In this document: positions 26,150 to 37,261 of the stretch, piece by piece
How the letters are laid out: every line of letters starts with the position of its first letter
How positions within the stretch are numbered: position 1 is the stretch's first letter
NCBI GenBank assembly: GCA_025603075.1
Contig: MU626306.1
Location: 1-64,000, forward strand
Direction: 5' to 3'
DNA length: 64,000 nt
DNA from: Neoconidiobolus thromboides FSU 785
Taxonomy: Eukaryota > Fungi > Entomophthoromycota
The notes under the pieces: generated by a model
Seen by the model: only the letters and a program-made list of their open reading frames with translations
What the model was told of the DNA's origin: nothing
The model's database searches: none
Made by a program: the position numbers and the translations under genes

Positions 26150-26859
26150 ACATACTGAATTATAATTTAATATTTCAAATAATTAAAATGAACTTTATCT
26201 ATTATTTCATTATTTCATGATTTTATTTAAAGTTTAATTAACTAAAATATTTTTTTAATTTTTTCTTTTCTATTAGTTGATACTTTTATCTGAAAAGCTT
26301 CTTTTGTATGGTAAAAAAATTTCTGATTTTTTTAGTGCCTTTATAGCTCTCTCAAAAACGCCCATTAAAACCTTGCTTACACTGTAGTATTTCTGGTATT
26401 CATAAACTTAGCTCTGTATTAGATTTTTACTTATATGACTTTTATATAATGTCACTTAGTCTTATTTACTCGATTTTCGTATTAATTACCACTGCTCATA
26501 TAAGTGAGAACTCCAACCCTAATTCTTTGATCCTAATCTCACTACATAGACTATAAACAGTTTCTTTAAAAAAACTACAAGGTCTCCTACTTAATTGATC
26601 TCAGTATTAAAATACTGACACCTGATTTTGCCACAATTTTTGATGTAACTACCTTACCATGTTTCCCTTATGATAGTATCTTCATAAAACTTGTGCACTT
26701 TTTAAATTCCTAACTCTAATATCATTTTTTAGTTAAATTTTGATCACCTAATAAAATACCTTGGGTTTATTCTAGAGTTTTAAAATACTTTTTATATAAA
26801 TATGTTAAATCAAAGTGAAACCCCCTTATAATTTATTAAATAGTTTTATTTAAATGTTA

Positions 26860-28870
26860 TTAGTAAGTTTTTTTACAAAGTTCAAGAGCTTTAGCAACAT
26901 TAACAATACCATAACCATATTCATTATTAGGTAAGGTTTTTTCAGTATCTCCACCACAACCAAGTTTTGAGTATAATGGTGTAGCTGAGTTATGGATTAC
27001 TTTGGCAATAAGGTCGACTCTACGACTAAGGTGAGGACAGGCAGCAATAACTAAGAGTGCAACTCCAGAAATATGAGGAGAAGCCATTGAAGTACCAGCT
27101 TTGATGCCAAATTTACCACCTGGAATAGATGAAGTAATGTTAACTCCAGGAGCAGTAATATCGATAGCATTTAAAGTACGCTCTGGCACAGGTCCTAAGG
27201 ATGAGAAAGCAGCCCTGTCATTGGTTAAGTAACCAGAAGCAGCTACATTGAATGAGTTAGGATCAACAGCAGGTGGGGAGTTTACAGTAGAACATCCACC
27301 ACCTCCATCATTACCAGCAGAAACAGACATAAAGATACCAGCAGATTTCAAAGCCCTTAAAGCATATTTGAATGTAGATCTACTGCAACCTTCTACACCT
27401 GGACATCCATAAGAGTTACCAACTACATGAGGACGAAGATGAGGCTTTGGTTTAATACCATAAAGATTGGTTGGAGCTAAAAAGAATTGTAAACAACCTA
27501 AGTAAGTTTCTGGAGAACCAAAACCTTGATCCATATTTTTACAAGCCATCCATTTTGTAGTTGGGGAAACACCCAAATTTAAACCACCTAAAGTAGTTCC
27601 CATACAATGAGTTCCATGACCACGATCATCACATGGTTTTTGAGAATCAATACCGCAGATTAAGTTTGGTTTAGTAGCATTAGCTAAATTCTTGTTTGCA
27701 TCCCACCAACAATAGTCATGGCTAAATTTACCATTTTTATAACCCAAATAATTCTTTACTAAAACTGGATGTTCAAAATCAACACCAGTATCAGCGTTAG
27801 CATATCTTAACTTAGAAGCAGCAGTATAGACTCTCTTTGGTAAATTAGTAGCATTGATATATTTTAAACTCCAATGTGGCTCTTTTCCTTCCCATGGAAT
27901 ATCAGCAGCAGTGGAAGCCTCTTGATCACTGATGTCTTTAATCATTGAGGCTACTTTTTTATTGGAGCTGATTTCTTCAACTTCAGATAATTTGGAAATT
28001 TTTTCGATAAGTTCTTTAGGAGCCTCAACAGCAAAAGTGTTAGAGATATAATAGTGACGATAATCTCTGATAGTTCCTTTCTTTTTAGCTTCTTCTAAAA
28101 GTGCTTTAACTGAGCCTTGACTTTCTTCAGAGTGCTTAGTTAATGTAGCAACTACTTGTTCANNNNNNNNNNNNNNNNNNNNNNNNNNNNNNNNNNNNNN
28201 NNNNNNNNNNNNNNNNNNNNNNNNNNNNNNNNNNNNNNNNNNNNNNNNNNNNNNNNNNNNNNNNNNNNNNNNNNNNNNNNNNNNNNNNNNNNNNNNNNNN
28301 NNNNNNNNNNNNNNNNNNNNNNNNNNNNNNNNNNNNNNNNNNNNNNNNNNNNNNNNNNNNNNNNNNNNNTTTTAAACTCCAATGTGGCTCTTTTCCTTCC
28401 CATGGAATATCAGCAGCAGTGGAAGCCTCTTGATCACTGATGTCTTTAATCATTGAGGCTACTTTTTTATTGGAGCTGATTTCTTCAACTTCAGATAATT
28501 TGGAAATTTTTTCGATAAGTTCTTTAGGAGCTTCAACAGCAAAAGTGTTAGAGATATAATAGTGACGATAATCTTTGATAGTTCCTTTCTTTTTAGCTTC
28601 TTCTAAAAGTGCTTTAACTGAGCCTTGACTTTCTTCAGAGTGCTTAGTTAATGTAGCAACTACTTGTTCAGCATGGAAATCCAAATCATCTTCAGTAGCC
28701 ATACGTGAATTAGAAGAGAGGACAGGAGGTTCAACTTGATTAAGTTGAATGAGAATTGGGGTCAAACTATTTTTTGCTAAATCTTGGGTAACTTGGTTTG
28801 TTACTAAAGCTTTTCCAGCAACGCTAGAAATAACAGCTAATGTAATCCAATTTGAAAATGCAAGCTTCAT
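26860..28870 (-). CDS. Secreted S8 subtilase, bacillopeptidase-F-like (signal peptide, propeptide, catalytic domain); ~500 aa once the gap overlap is merged
   Basis: Catalytic motifs ADTGV, HGTHCMGT and GTSMASPH, plus LQFFLAPT..G..P...P.VVGNSYGC. The gene is interrupted by an N-gap flanked by a 301-bp duplicate. Confidence 0.88.
28163..28369. other. Assembly gap (207 N) flanked by a near-identical 301-bp duplication
   Basis: 27862-28162 matches 28370-28670 with two substitutions seen. Confidence 0.95.
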
Positions 28871-29954
28871 ACTTTTAATTTAAGTTAACAAAGTTAAAGA
28901 TATTGTGATGAAAGTACAAACTATTTATATCTATTAGCTTAAGCCTCTTTATCGCTACGCCTCAACTTATTCCTTTACTTTCTCATTGAAAATGCCATCA
29001 TACGACTCAATTTTTAGAATTTTCTGTCACATTTTTAGTCATTGTCTTCTCAGTTCCTGAAATCGAAATTTTACATTGAAGTTTAATTTAAATTATTGCT
29101 ATGCCTCGATTTGTTAAATATAGTTAATCACGTGTATGAATTCTTTATTCTAACCTTTTCATTACTACTTCTGGTTAAAAAATCAAGACAATAATATTAA
29201 ATATTCTTGTTTGCTAAAATATGAGTATTTGAAAGGATTTTAAAATCACCATTTGCCTTGAGCTAGCTGGATTTTAGTGATGCAAAATACAGCTTTATTT
29301 TAAAAGGGATTTTAAGTGTCAAAATATTGAACTTAAGGCTGTAAATCAAATGTAACCATGACCTATGTATATTTAAAAGCATAAATCATTAAATGAAGAT
29401 ACTTGTTGTTATTATTGAGCTTAACACTATTAATGTTCCCACCTCATTATACTAATTAACAACATTATCGAATTGTTGGTCTTATTTTTATCTAAGCTTT
29501 AAGTTGGTATTAATTTTAATGAGGATGTAGTATCCTTTGGGCATTTTAATAAGATACTGTAGTAAATGGTGATATTCAGTCCATCTTATATCATTAAAAG
29601 TAGAATTTTAAAGCTAAAGAATTTCAAATACTTAAGTCAATGCAGTTAAACTAAATGTTTTTTATCAATGGTTTTATATTAAAATATTAGCTTCTACATC
29701 ACAACTTTAAAAATATTGAATTTTCAAAGTAGGATTTTGGATATTCACGGAGTTCTACAAAGTACATTTATTCTCCATCTTTGTCCTATTATAATTCCTT
29801 ACTCTTCACCACTATTAGTTTACATAAAATAAACACAAAGCCCTAACAGCCTTTGAACTTTTCTAAAAAAGTGGCTTTTTGAAAGGTGAGTTTTACTTTA
29901 ACCTTACAAAGTAAACCCTAATGAGTTGGAGAATAAAGCATATTCAAATTATGT

Positions 29955-30052
29955 GGGGATGTATTTTTATGTTTAAGAATTTTACCAACAATTTTTCTGC
30001 TCAAATAGCGCTTAAAAAATGGAAAAATAATGAAATCAAAAAAAATATCTGC
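29955..30052 (+). mobile_element. MITE copy 13
   Basis: ATGT/ATGT TSD; being non-ATAT, it confirms the 4-bp duplication. Confidence 0.9.
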
Positions 30053-30389
30053 ATGTACTACTTTCAATTAATAGCAACTTTGTAAAACATTAAAACTTTG
30101 GGAATGTCTTTTTTATTTCAATTTTTAACTAGTGGTCTTTTTAAATTGTACTATATAAAATGCAAATAAAACGCTAAAATGAAAAAAGACTTTATCGCTT
30201 GCTTTTGATAGTAATTTTGGAATATCTGTTTAATAGAATCTAAAGCAAAAAGGTTTTATAATTAGCTATGCACAATTTGGTAATTTTAAATTGTATTTTT
30301 TAAATTAATTGAGTTATAAAACTAGCATTAAAAAGTTACTTGACTATAAAGTTTAACCATACTATTAATTTAACCACGAATAGCTACCA

Positions 30390-31455
30390 GTTTAACATGA
30401 CTAGAATGAGATGGATGGTAGTGATCTCTATCACTTCTTCTTTTAAATTAAGATCCTCAAAGCCTCCTTTTTTTCATTAGTATCCCCAAGATTCATTCCT
30501 TGACCATCTAATTCCTCAGTAAGAGGTCCTTCAACTTCTGAGATAGCTACTTTACTTTCTTCATTAAAAGAAGTATTGGGTTCTGGAATAGCTAATTTAC
30601 TCTTCCTCAATAGGTACTTAGCTTTCTAGAATAGTAGCGCTGCTTTCTTCCCTACCAATGAGCTTTTTAATTTCTGAAGTGCTAGTACTATTTCCTTCCT
30701 TAGAAATGGCTTTATTTCCTGAATTTGATACTCCACTTCCTGTTTTAGAACTTTATTCTCCTTAGGTAGATCCAATTCAATAAGCGGGACTTTTTTAGTC
30801 CATTCATCAGAAGTTATAAACTCAAACCCTTTTCCTTTAAATAAACCAACAGTTTCTCTAATTTTAGAAATTTCAAAGGGGGTTGTATTATGTTACAATG
30901 TAATAAAATATACAATTATAATCCCCTCTTTTCCTGATGCATCAATGTAATTTTTTGTAATGTTATTTGGATCGTTCTTCCTCTCCTCATAACCCTTAGT
31001 ATCTAAATTAAACCCAACCTGAACATAATGCAAATCTTTAAGATAGTTTCTACTGCATCACTAGTAGCTAATTCAGTGTTTTTCATGTATCTTACTTGTT
31101 TTCCTGTGATCTTCTCAAGAATAGTTTCACTTTTTTTGATTTCAACTTTAATACCATTTGGGGATAAGCCATATAAACATTTATGATCATATCTATGAGA
31201 TGCAGTTTGATGACCTTCATCGTAAGCGCGCTTAGCAAACTCAGAATGCTGCTTACCATTAGATTCAATAAAGAAAAGATAGCCTTAACTCATTTTTGGC
31301 TCAACATTCAACATTTTTGGAGTATACTCTATTGATCTATCATCAAAAGTTAAAGCTATAATGTCAAATTGAGTACACTGTGTGGCCATTTGAAGTGACA
31401 TAATTTGTAAATAAGAGCCAAAAATAATACCAGTGGATAATCCAAGGAACCTCAT
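30390..31455 (-). pseudogene. Pseudogene of a secreted chitin/polysaccharide deacetylase (CE4, NodB homology)
   Basis: Signal-like N-terminus, then TQC..IIALTFDD, VKAIF (shifted frame), KRAYDEGHQTASHRYDH, EKITGKQVRYM, NLDTKGY, ITL*HNT and KGFEFITSDE. Frameshifts and stops; motifs DDGP and RPPY are degraded. Confidence 0.8.
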
Positions 31456-31860
31456 TTTGTATTAGTAATTTTCAGGATAATATAATAGTATCGAGCATAT
31501 CAACTAGTCAATAACTAATGAACTTATAGTTAAAAGTTGATTGTAATTTAACTATACAATAATTAAAATGGAATGTTTGTAATTTTTAAACCTTAGGAAT
31601 GGATATATTTTTATATTAAAAAAAAGGTTTTTGGAATAAACAGTCAATATATTACAATCCTTAAAACAGTGATAGTTGTTCAAAACAATAGTTTTTGCCA
31701 ATCTCATGTAATGCTTCAATAACACATTGAACAATCTAGTAACAGAACCTAATTATAGCAATATCCTAATTAGTTTTTATACAATTTAAAAAAGTAATAC
31801 AATTCTAAAATTATGTCTTTTTTTCAAGCCATATAAAAACTAGTTAATTGTCATTATATA

Positions 31861-32426
31861 TGTGAAATCTGGTACTCAATGATTGGAGTCAAAGATAGCT
31901 ACTACCTGGTTGATTACACTATAAGTCGAAAGGTCTTAGTTTGTGTGACTAAGATAGACTTGAATTATGAAGAATAGCTCGTAATAGGCTATAGACTATG
32001 TAGGGCAAATAGCATAGACAATACTAATGTAAAATCTACGTAAAATACTATTGAGTAAACTTAGTGGCTTTATTAAATGTTCGAGATATCAGGGGATAAT
32101 TCAGTTAATGAAGTAAAAAAACATTCCGGTATAGTAGTTCGAGACTTTTTATTTTTTCCATTTTTTAAGCACTATTTAAGTGGAAAATTTGTTAGTAAAA
32201 TTCTTAAACACAAAAACACATCCCCATACTCTAAAATCTCTTTTATACTCCGACAAGTATAAACATCAAAATGAGAAGATAAATATTCTTTGGGATGAAA
32301 CTAGAAATCCTTATAGCAAATCAAATTAAGGGCGTGGGATTGATTGTCTCTAAACTTGAGAACACAGTAGCTTAAGCAATTATTATGCTATAATTAACCA
32401 TGGGGCTGACAAAGCGATATTTTACA
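31861..32426 (+). mobile_element. Candidate solo LTR (or TGT...ACA non-autonomous element) containing nested MITE pieces
   Basis: Starts TGTGAAATCT and ends ATATTTTACA (imperfect terminal inverted repeat); TATA on both flanks; the 5' end is repeated at window positions 1-43. Confidence 0.45.
32106..32225 (-). mobile_element. MITE copy 14 (rearranged: opposite-orientation end fragment plus partial copy)
   Basis: TAATGAAGTAAAAAAACATTCC fragment followed by a partial copy ending CACATCCCC. Confidence 0.8.
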
Positions 32427-32430
32427 TATA

Positions 32431-32527
32431 GAGATGTATTTTTTTTTGATTAAAAATTTTACTACCAATTTTCCCACTCAACAATATTCAAAAACAAAAA
32501 AAGTAATGAAATCAAAAAAACACTCCC
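32431..32527 (+). mobile_element. MITE copy 15
   Basis: Degenerate full-length match. Confidence 0.78.
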
Positions 32528-32672
32528 ATTAGCTGTTTTAGCTAATAGTATTTGAAATACTGTTTATTTTGAGAATTTTGAATACAAATTTTATCATTGT
32601 TCTTATCTGAAATATCTTAAATTATTAATATAATAATATTTTTTTAATATAATAACATTAGGTAGTTTACAT

Positions 32673-32746
32673 AAAGGTGTTTTTTTTAAATGCTATTTGA
32701 ATGGAAAGATTATTGATGAAATTCTTAAACAAAAAAATATATCCCC
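32673..32746 (-). mobile_element. MITE copy 16 (internally deleted)
   Basis: Both ends are present; ~25 bp of internal sequence is missing. Confidence 0.75.
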
Positions 32747-33748
32747 ATATATTAAGTTGATATAATTTTTAATATATATTTAACTGTTTTTTTTTGTTTT
32801 TATTATTTCATTTTTTTTAACATTATTAAATAAAAAAATATTTTGATTTTTACCAAGTTTTGTATTTTTTTGAATCTCATTAGGATTTTAAAAATATTTA
32901 TATTTATTTAAGAACTAAAAAAATTAAAATGTTTAAGTTAATCAACTTTTGAAAACTCTACCTGATTAGAATTTTAAATAATTAAACAATTGCAAGTATT
33001 TTATAAAAATACATAAAGCTTTTCATTACTTATGATAGTTGTTGAATCTATCCTTTCATTGTTTTTTATATACATTAAATCTGTTTGAGTTTTCGGAGGC
33101 TTTTAATAAACCAGTTTTAATACAACTTTTAAAGTAACATTTGTACTGTTCTGTATTTGAACATTTGTAATATTGTAGAATAAGAAAACAAAATTATAAT
33201 ATTTCCAATTTTTTGATTTAAACAAATTTCAGTTCAAAGATTAACGAACGCTTATTATTGCCCAAAAAACTCATAATTTAGCCTAAAATGAAAATCAAGA
33301 GCATCGTAATAAAAATACCAATATAAAATTGGTCATCTAAGCTATGATGAGAATAATTTCATAAATGAAAAATTTAAAAATATAATAGTAACAAATCTGT
33401 CCTATTGTTATCAATGAAGAACAATGCGTTTTACTACATGGTCGGTTTTACCTAATCAACTTGAAACGTTCTATAGGATGGAGTTCGCCTCAAGTTCCAT
33501 ATTACAAATCTTATAAATCACTTCTCATATGATTGATGACGATTTTCAATTTAACTTACAAATTCTACCCAGACTGGTTTCAATTTACAGCATACCATAT
33601 TCAAGAATAAATTTATCTAATTGGATGATACTTGCATTACGTAGAATGATGAAACATACGGACTATTAAATTATATGCTCAAAATAAACTATAAATAGCT
33701 AACAAATCCATTCAATAATCTGATTTATTAGTAATATTAAAATAAATA

Positions 33749-35773
33749 ATGATACCAACTAATAACGAAGTCGAGGATTTATGCAAGGCATATCCGCCTA
33801 TTGACAATTATGGTATAATAGGGAATATGCATACAGTAGCTCTAAGCGGAAGCAATGGTAGTATCGATTTTATGTGCTATCCGATCTTTGATTCTCCAAG
33901 TATCTTTGCAAGGCTTTTAGATCACAAAAAGGGAGGTCACTTTTCTATTAGCCCATCAAACGGTAAAAGTATCTCTATCAAACAACAATATTTACCAGAA
34001 ACCAATATCTTATCTACTCGTTTCTTGGATACTTCTTATTCTTTACAGTTGAATGATTATATGCATTTGCCTAGTTCCAAGATATCTGGAAGTGAACAAA
34101 TCTACCCTTGGTTAATTCGTTCCGTGGCTTCTACCCGTGGAAAAGTAAGTTTTAAAATGGAATTATATCCTTCATTTAATTATGCCCAAGACACCCATAC
34201 TACTAAATTAGTTAAAGTTGAGAACCCAGCTTCAAGTCAAAATGGGCAATCAGGCGAACATAAAATAGTATTTGAATCTGAAAAGCTTACCATGGATTTA
34301 AGATATGTATTTAAATGTAATAATGAGACCCCTAAATGCAAGCAAGTTCCTGAAATGAATTGGAATATAAGTGAGGTCGTTGAGGGAGGTAATTTGGGTC
34401 CTGGTGTTGAGTTAGAAATGACTTTAGAAGAAGGTCAAGAGATAGTGTTTTTCTTTAGAGAAGTACCTTCAACTTGCAAAGTCAGTGAAAATTGCGATTA
34501 CAAACTATCTTTACACGATCCTGAATTATCAGTTGAATTATCTAATCAGTTATTTGAGGATACTTATAGATTCTGGCAATCTTGGATCCGTGGTTGTACC
34601 TATAAAGGTAGATGGCGAGAAGCGGTGCATCGTTCCGCATTAACTCTCAAATTATTGACTTATAAACCAACTGGGGCTATTGTTGCATCACCAACTTTTT
34701 CATTACCTGAATTTATTGGTGGTACACGTAACTGGGATTATCGATTTTCATGGATAAGAGATGCTTCATTTACCATCTATGCTTTTATTCGATTGGGATT
34801 CATTGAAGAAGCACATGACTATATGAAATATATTGAAAATCGATTGAACAATCTTAATAAAGATGGATCATTGAGTATTATGTATAGTATTCATGGCTCA
34901 ACAGAATTGGAAGAGATTGAACTGAATCATTTGGATGGCTATCGTGGATCTAAACCTGTACGTATTGGTAATGGAGCTGCAGATCATATACAATTAGATA
35001 TCTATGGTGAATTGTTAGATGCTATCTACTTATTTAATAAGTTTGGAGTCCCTATTTCTTATGATATGTGGGTAAAGGTAAGGAATATTGCAGATTATGT
35101 TGTGGAAAATTGGGATAAAAAAGATATGTCTATTTGGGAAGTAAGAAATCAACAGCAAAACTTTTTATATTCTAAAATCTTATGTTGGGTTGCTCTTGAC
35201 CGTAGTATTCGCTTATCTGAAAAGAGAAATCTACCTTGTTTACAAAAAGACAAATGGTTAAAGACAAGAGATACCATTTATGAAGAGATTATGACCAAGG
35301 GCTGGAATGATGAATTGAAAATGTTTAAACAGTCTTTTGAAGCCGATACTTCGTTAGATTCTTCTGTTTTAATTATGCCTTTGGTGTTTTTTATCTCCCC
35401 AAGTGATCCAAGATTACTTTCTACTATTGATCGTATCCTATTACCATTAGAAAAAGGTGGTCTAGTTTCAAACGGCTTAGTCTATAGATATAATCATCTT
35501 ACCTCTGAGGATGGTGTAGGTGGTGAGGAAGGCTCTTTCTCTATGTGCACCTTTTGGCTAATTGAGGCATTGACTAGAGCAGGTAAATACAACCCAAGAT
35601 ATTTACATATTGCTACTAATATGTTTGAGCAAATGTTGGGGTATTCTAATCATCTCTGTTTATATTCTGAAGAAATTGCTACCTCTGGGGAAGCATTGGG
35701 TAATTTCCCTCAAGCCTTCACACATATTGCTCTTATCTCCGCTGCCTTTAACTTGGATAGAGTTTTAAAGTAG
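33749..35773 (+). CDS. Glycoside hydrolase family 15 (bacterial-type trehalase/glucoamylase-like architecture), 674 aa
   Basis: N-terminal IDNYGIIGN..T.AL...GSIDF.C.P.FDSPSIF; RNWDYRFSWIRD, QLDIYGEL, IWEVR and GNFPQAFTH motifs; intronless. Confidence 0.92.
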   Translation: MIPTNNEVEDLCKAYPPIDNYGIIGNMHTVALSGSNGSIDFMCYPIFDSPSIFARLLDHKKGGHFSISPSNGKSISIKQQYLPETNILSTRFLDTSYSLQLNDYMHLPSSKISGSEQIYPWLIRSVASTRGKVSFKMELYPSFNYAQDTHTTKLVKVENPASSQNGQSGEHKIVFESEKLTMDLRYVFKCNNETPKCKQVPEMNWNISEVVEGGNLGPGVELEMTLEEGQEIVFFFREVPSTCKVSENCDYKLSLHDPELSVELSNQLFEDTYRFWQSWIRGCTYKGRWREAVHRSALTLKLLTYKPTGAIVASPTFSLPEFIGGTRNWDYRFSWIRDASFTIYAFIRLGFIEEAHDYMKYIENRLNNLNKDGSLSIMYSIHGSTELEEIELNHLDGYRGSKPVRIGNGAADHIQLDIYGELLDAIYLFNKFGVPISYDMWVKVRNIADYVVENWDKKDMSIWEVRNQQQNFLYSKILCWVALDRSIRLSEKRNLPCLQKDKWLKTRDTIYEEIMTKGWNDELKMFKQSFEADTSLDSSVLIMPLVFFISPSDPRLLSTIDRILLPLEKGGLVSNGLVYRYNHLTSEDGVGGEEGSFSMCTFWLIEALTRAGKYNPRYLHIATNMFEQMLGYSNHLCLYSEEIATSGEALGNFPQAFTHIALISAAFNLDRVLK

Positions 35774-36194
35774 ATGTAGTGAAATTATTGTTGTTTTAAT
35801 ATCCTACTATCAAATTAACTATTTTAACATTATAACATGTTTAATGTCAAAAATAAATTATCTTTAATACATTATTATCATTTTTAAAATTTCAAAAAAA
35901 TAATATAACTAAAAAACCTTTAGTTTTTATAACCAAGACGAAATCTTCATAATCATCCTTTCAATAATTTATTAATTTTATAAATATTATAGACTTCAAA
36001 TATGATTATTATGTTTTATAATATAGAAATAGCTCAATGCTAGTCAAAAATGTTATCATAAAGCAAAAGGTTTAAGCTCACATAGTGATATAGGAGTCTT
36101 AAAAGCAATCATAAAAGTTATAAAATATATATCATTTTTTATAATTATTACAATTATTCATTTTTATTAGTTTAGAAGCTTAAAGTCAACATTT

Positions 36195-36295
36195 GGGACT
36201 GTGTTTTTGTTTAAGAATTTTACTACCAATCTTTCCACTCAAATAGTACTTACTTAAAAGATAGAAAAAGTGATGAAATCAAAAAAAACACTCCC
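36195..36295 (+). mobile_element. MITE copy 17
   Basis: ATTT/ATTT TSD. Confidence 0.88.
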
Positions 36296-37261
36296 ATTTA
36301 ATAAATTTTCAATTTTTATAAATTCACTTTGGATTTTAGATAAGTAGTTATAAACCATTGCAAAAAAAGTTATTTTATGCAAATAAAAAAATTTACTTTG
36401 CAAAATCATAATTTGAAGTTAGAGTCATTTTTTCAAAGATCTGAAAAGTTTATAAAAAGTATCTTTTTTGTGATATAAAATACATTCATTGTATTTCAAA
36501 CTTGTAAAGCTTAGAAAGAGTTTGAAGGATGTAAGAAAAATAGAAGCTATCATTAGTTTATAGCCTCCGACTTTGCCCTCATGCTTTTTATGAACCAATG
36601 AGTGGATATTTTAAAAATCATAAGTAAGAGCTAGTTATATTCCTTTTAGGATTTTTAACTCTTCTCCCCCCAGAGTTCCCTCACTAGTGGCTAAGTTCCA
36701 TAAGTTGCTAGTAGAGTACTTATTCTTCTAGTTACTAATAAAACATTTAAGATTAACTCCCTTTAAGAAATAAAATCAATAACTCATAGGTCATTATTAT
36801 ATTATTATAAATTATAAAATCCTACATTTTTCAATGAGTCATCGGCTAAATAAGATTTACACTTATAAAAGTGTATTAAATAATATTGTAATGATTTGGA
36901 GATAAATCACACACTATAGGGTCTTTTGTTTAAAGTAGTGTTTAAGTTTGTAAACTTAAACACTACTTCATCTTTCATGTTATAATAATATCAAACGTAA
37001 GGTTAAATAGCCACTATAGTGTTTACTCAACAAAGGGAATGATAAGTTTATTAATTAAATCTTCCTTTTGCCTCATTATATAAATATAATGAGACAATTT
37101 TTTTAGGTAAAAAGAAAAGGAAGGAAAAGAAAAACCAATCAACACCAACTTGAAAGTAAGACTCTATTTAGAAAAATTCTACTAAAGTTAATTCTATAAG
37201 TGTTAATATGAAATAATCGTAAGGAAGTCGAAACTCCTTTATATTAAAATAAAGCCCATTT

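Noticed and set aside
28152-28440. ORFs containing X runs
   Set aside because: Artefacts of the N-gap.
31905-31916. TACCTGGTTGAT, identical to the first bases of 18S rRNA
   Set aside because: Similarity ends after 12 nt; it is a chance match inside the LTR-like element.
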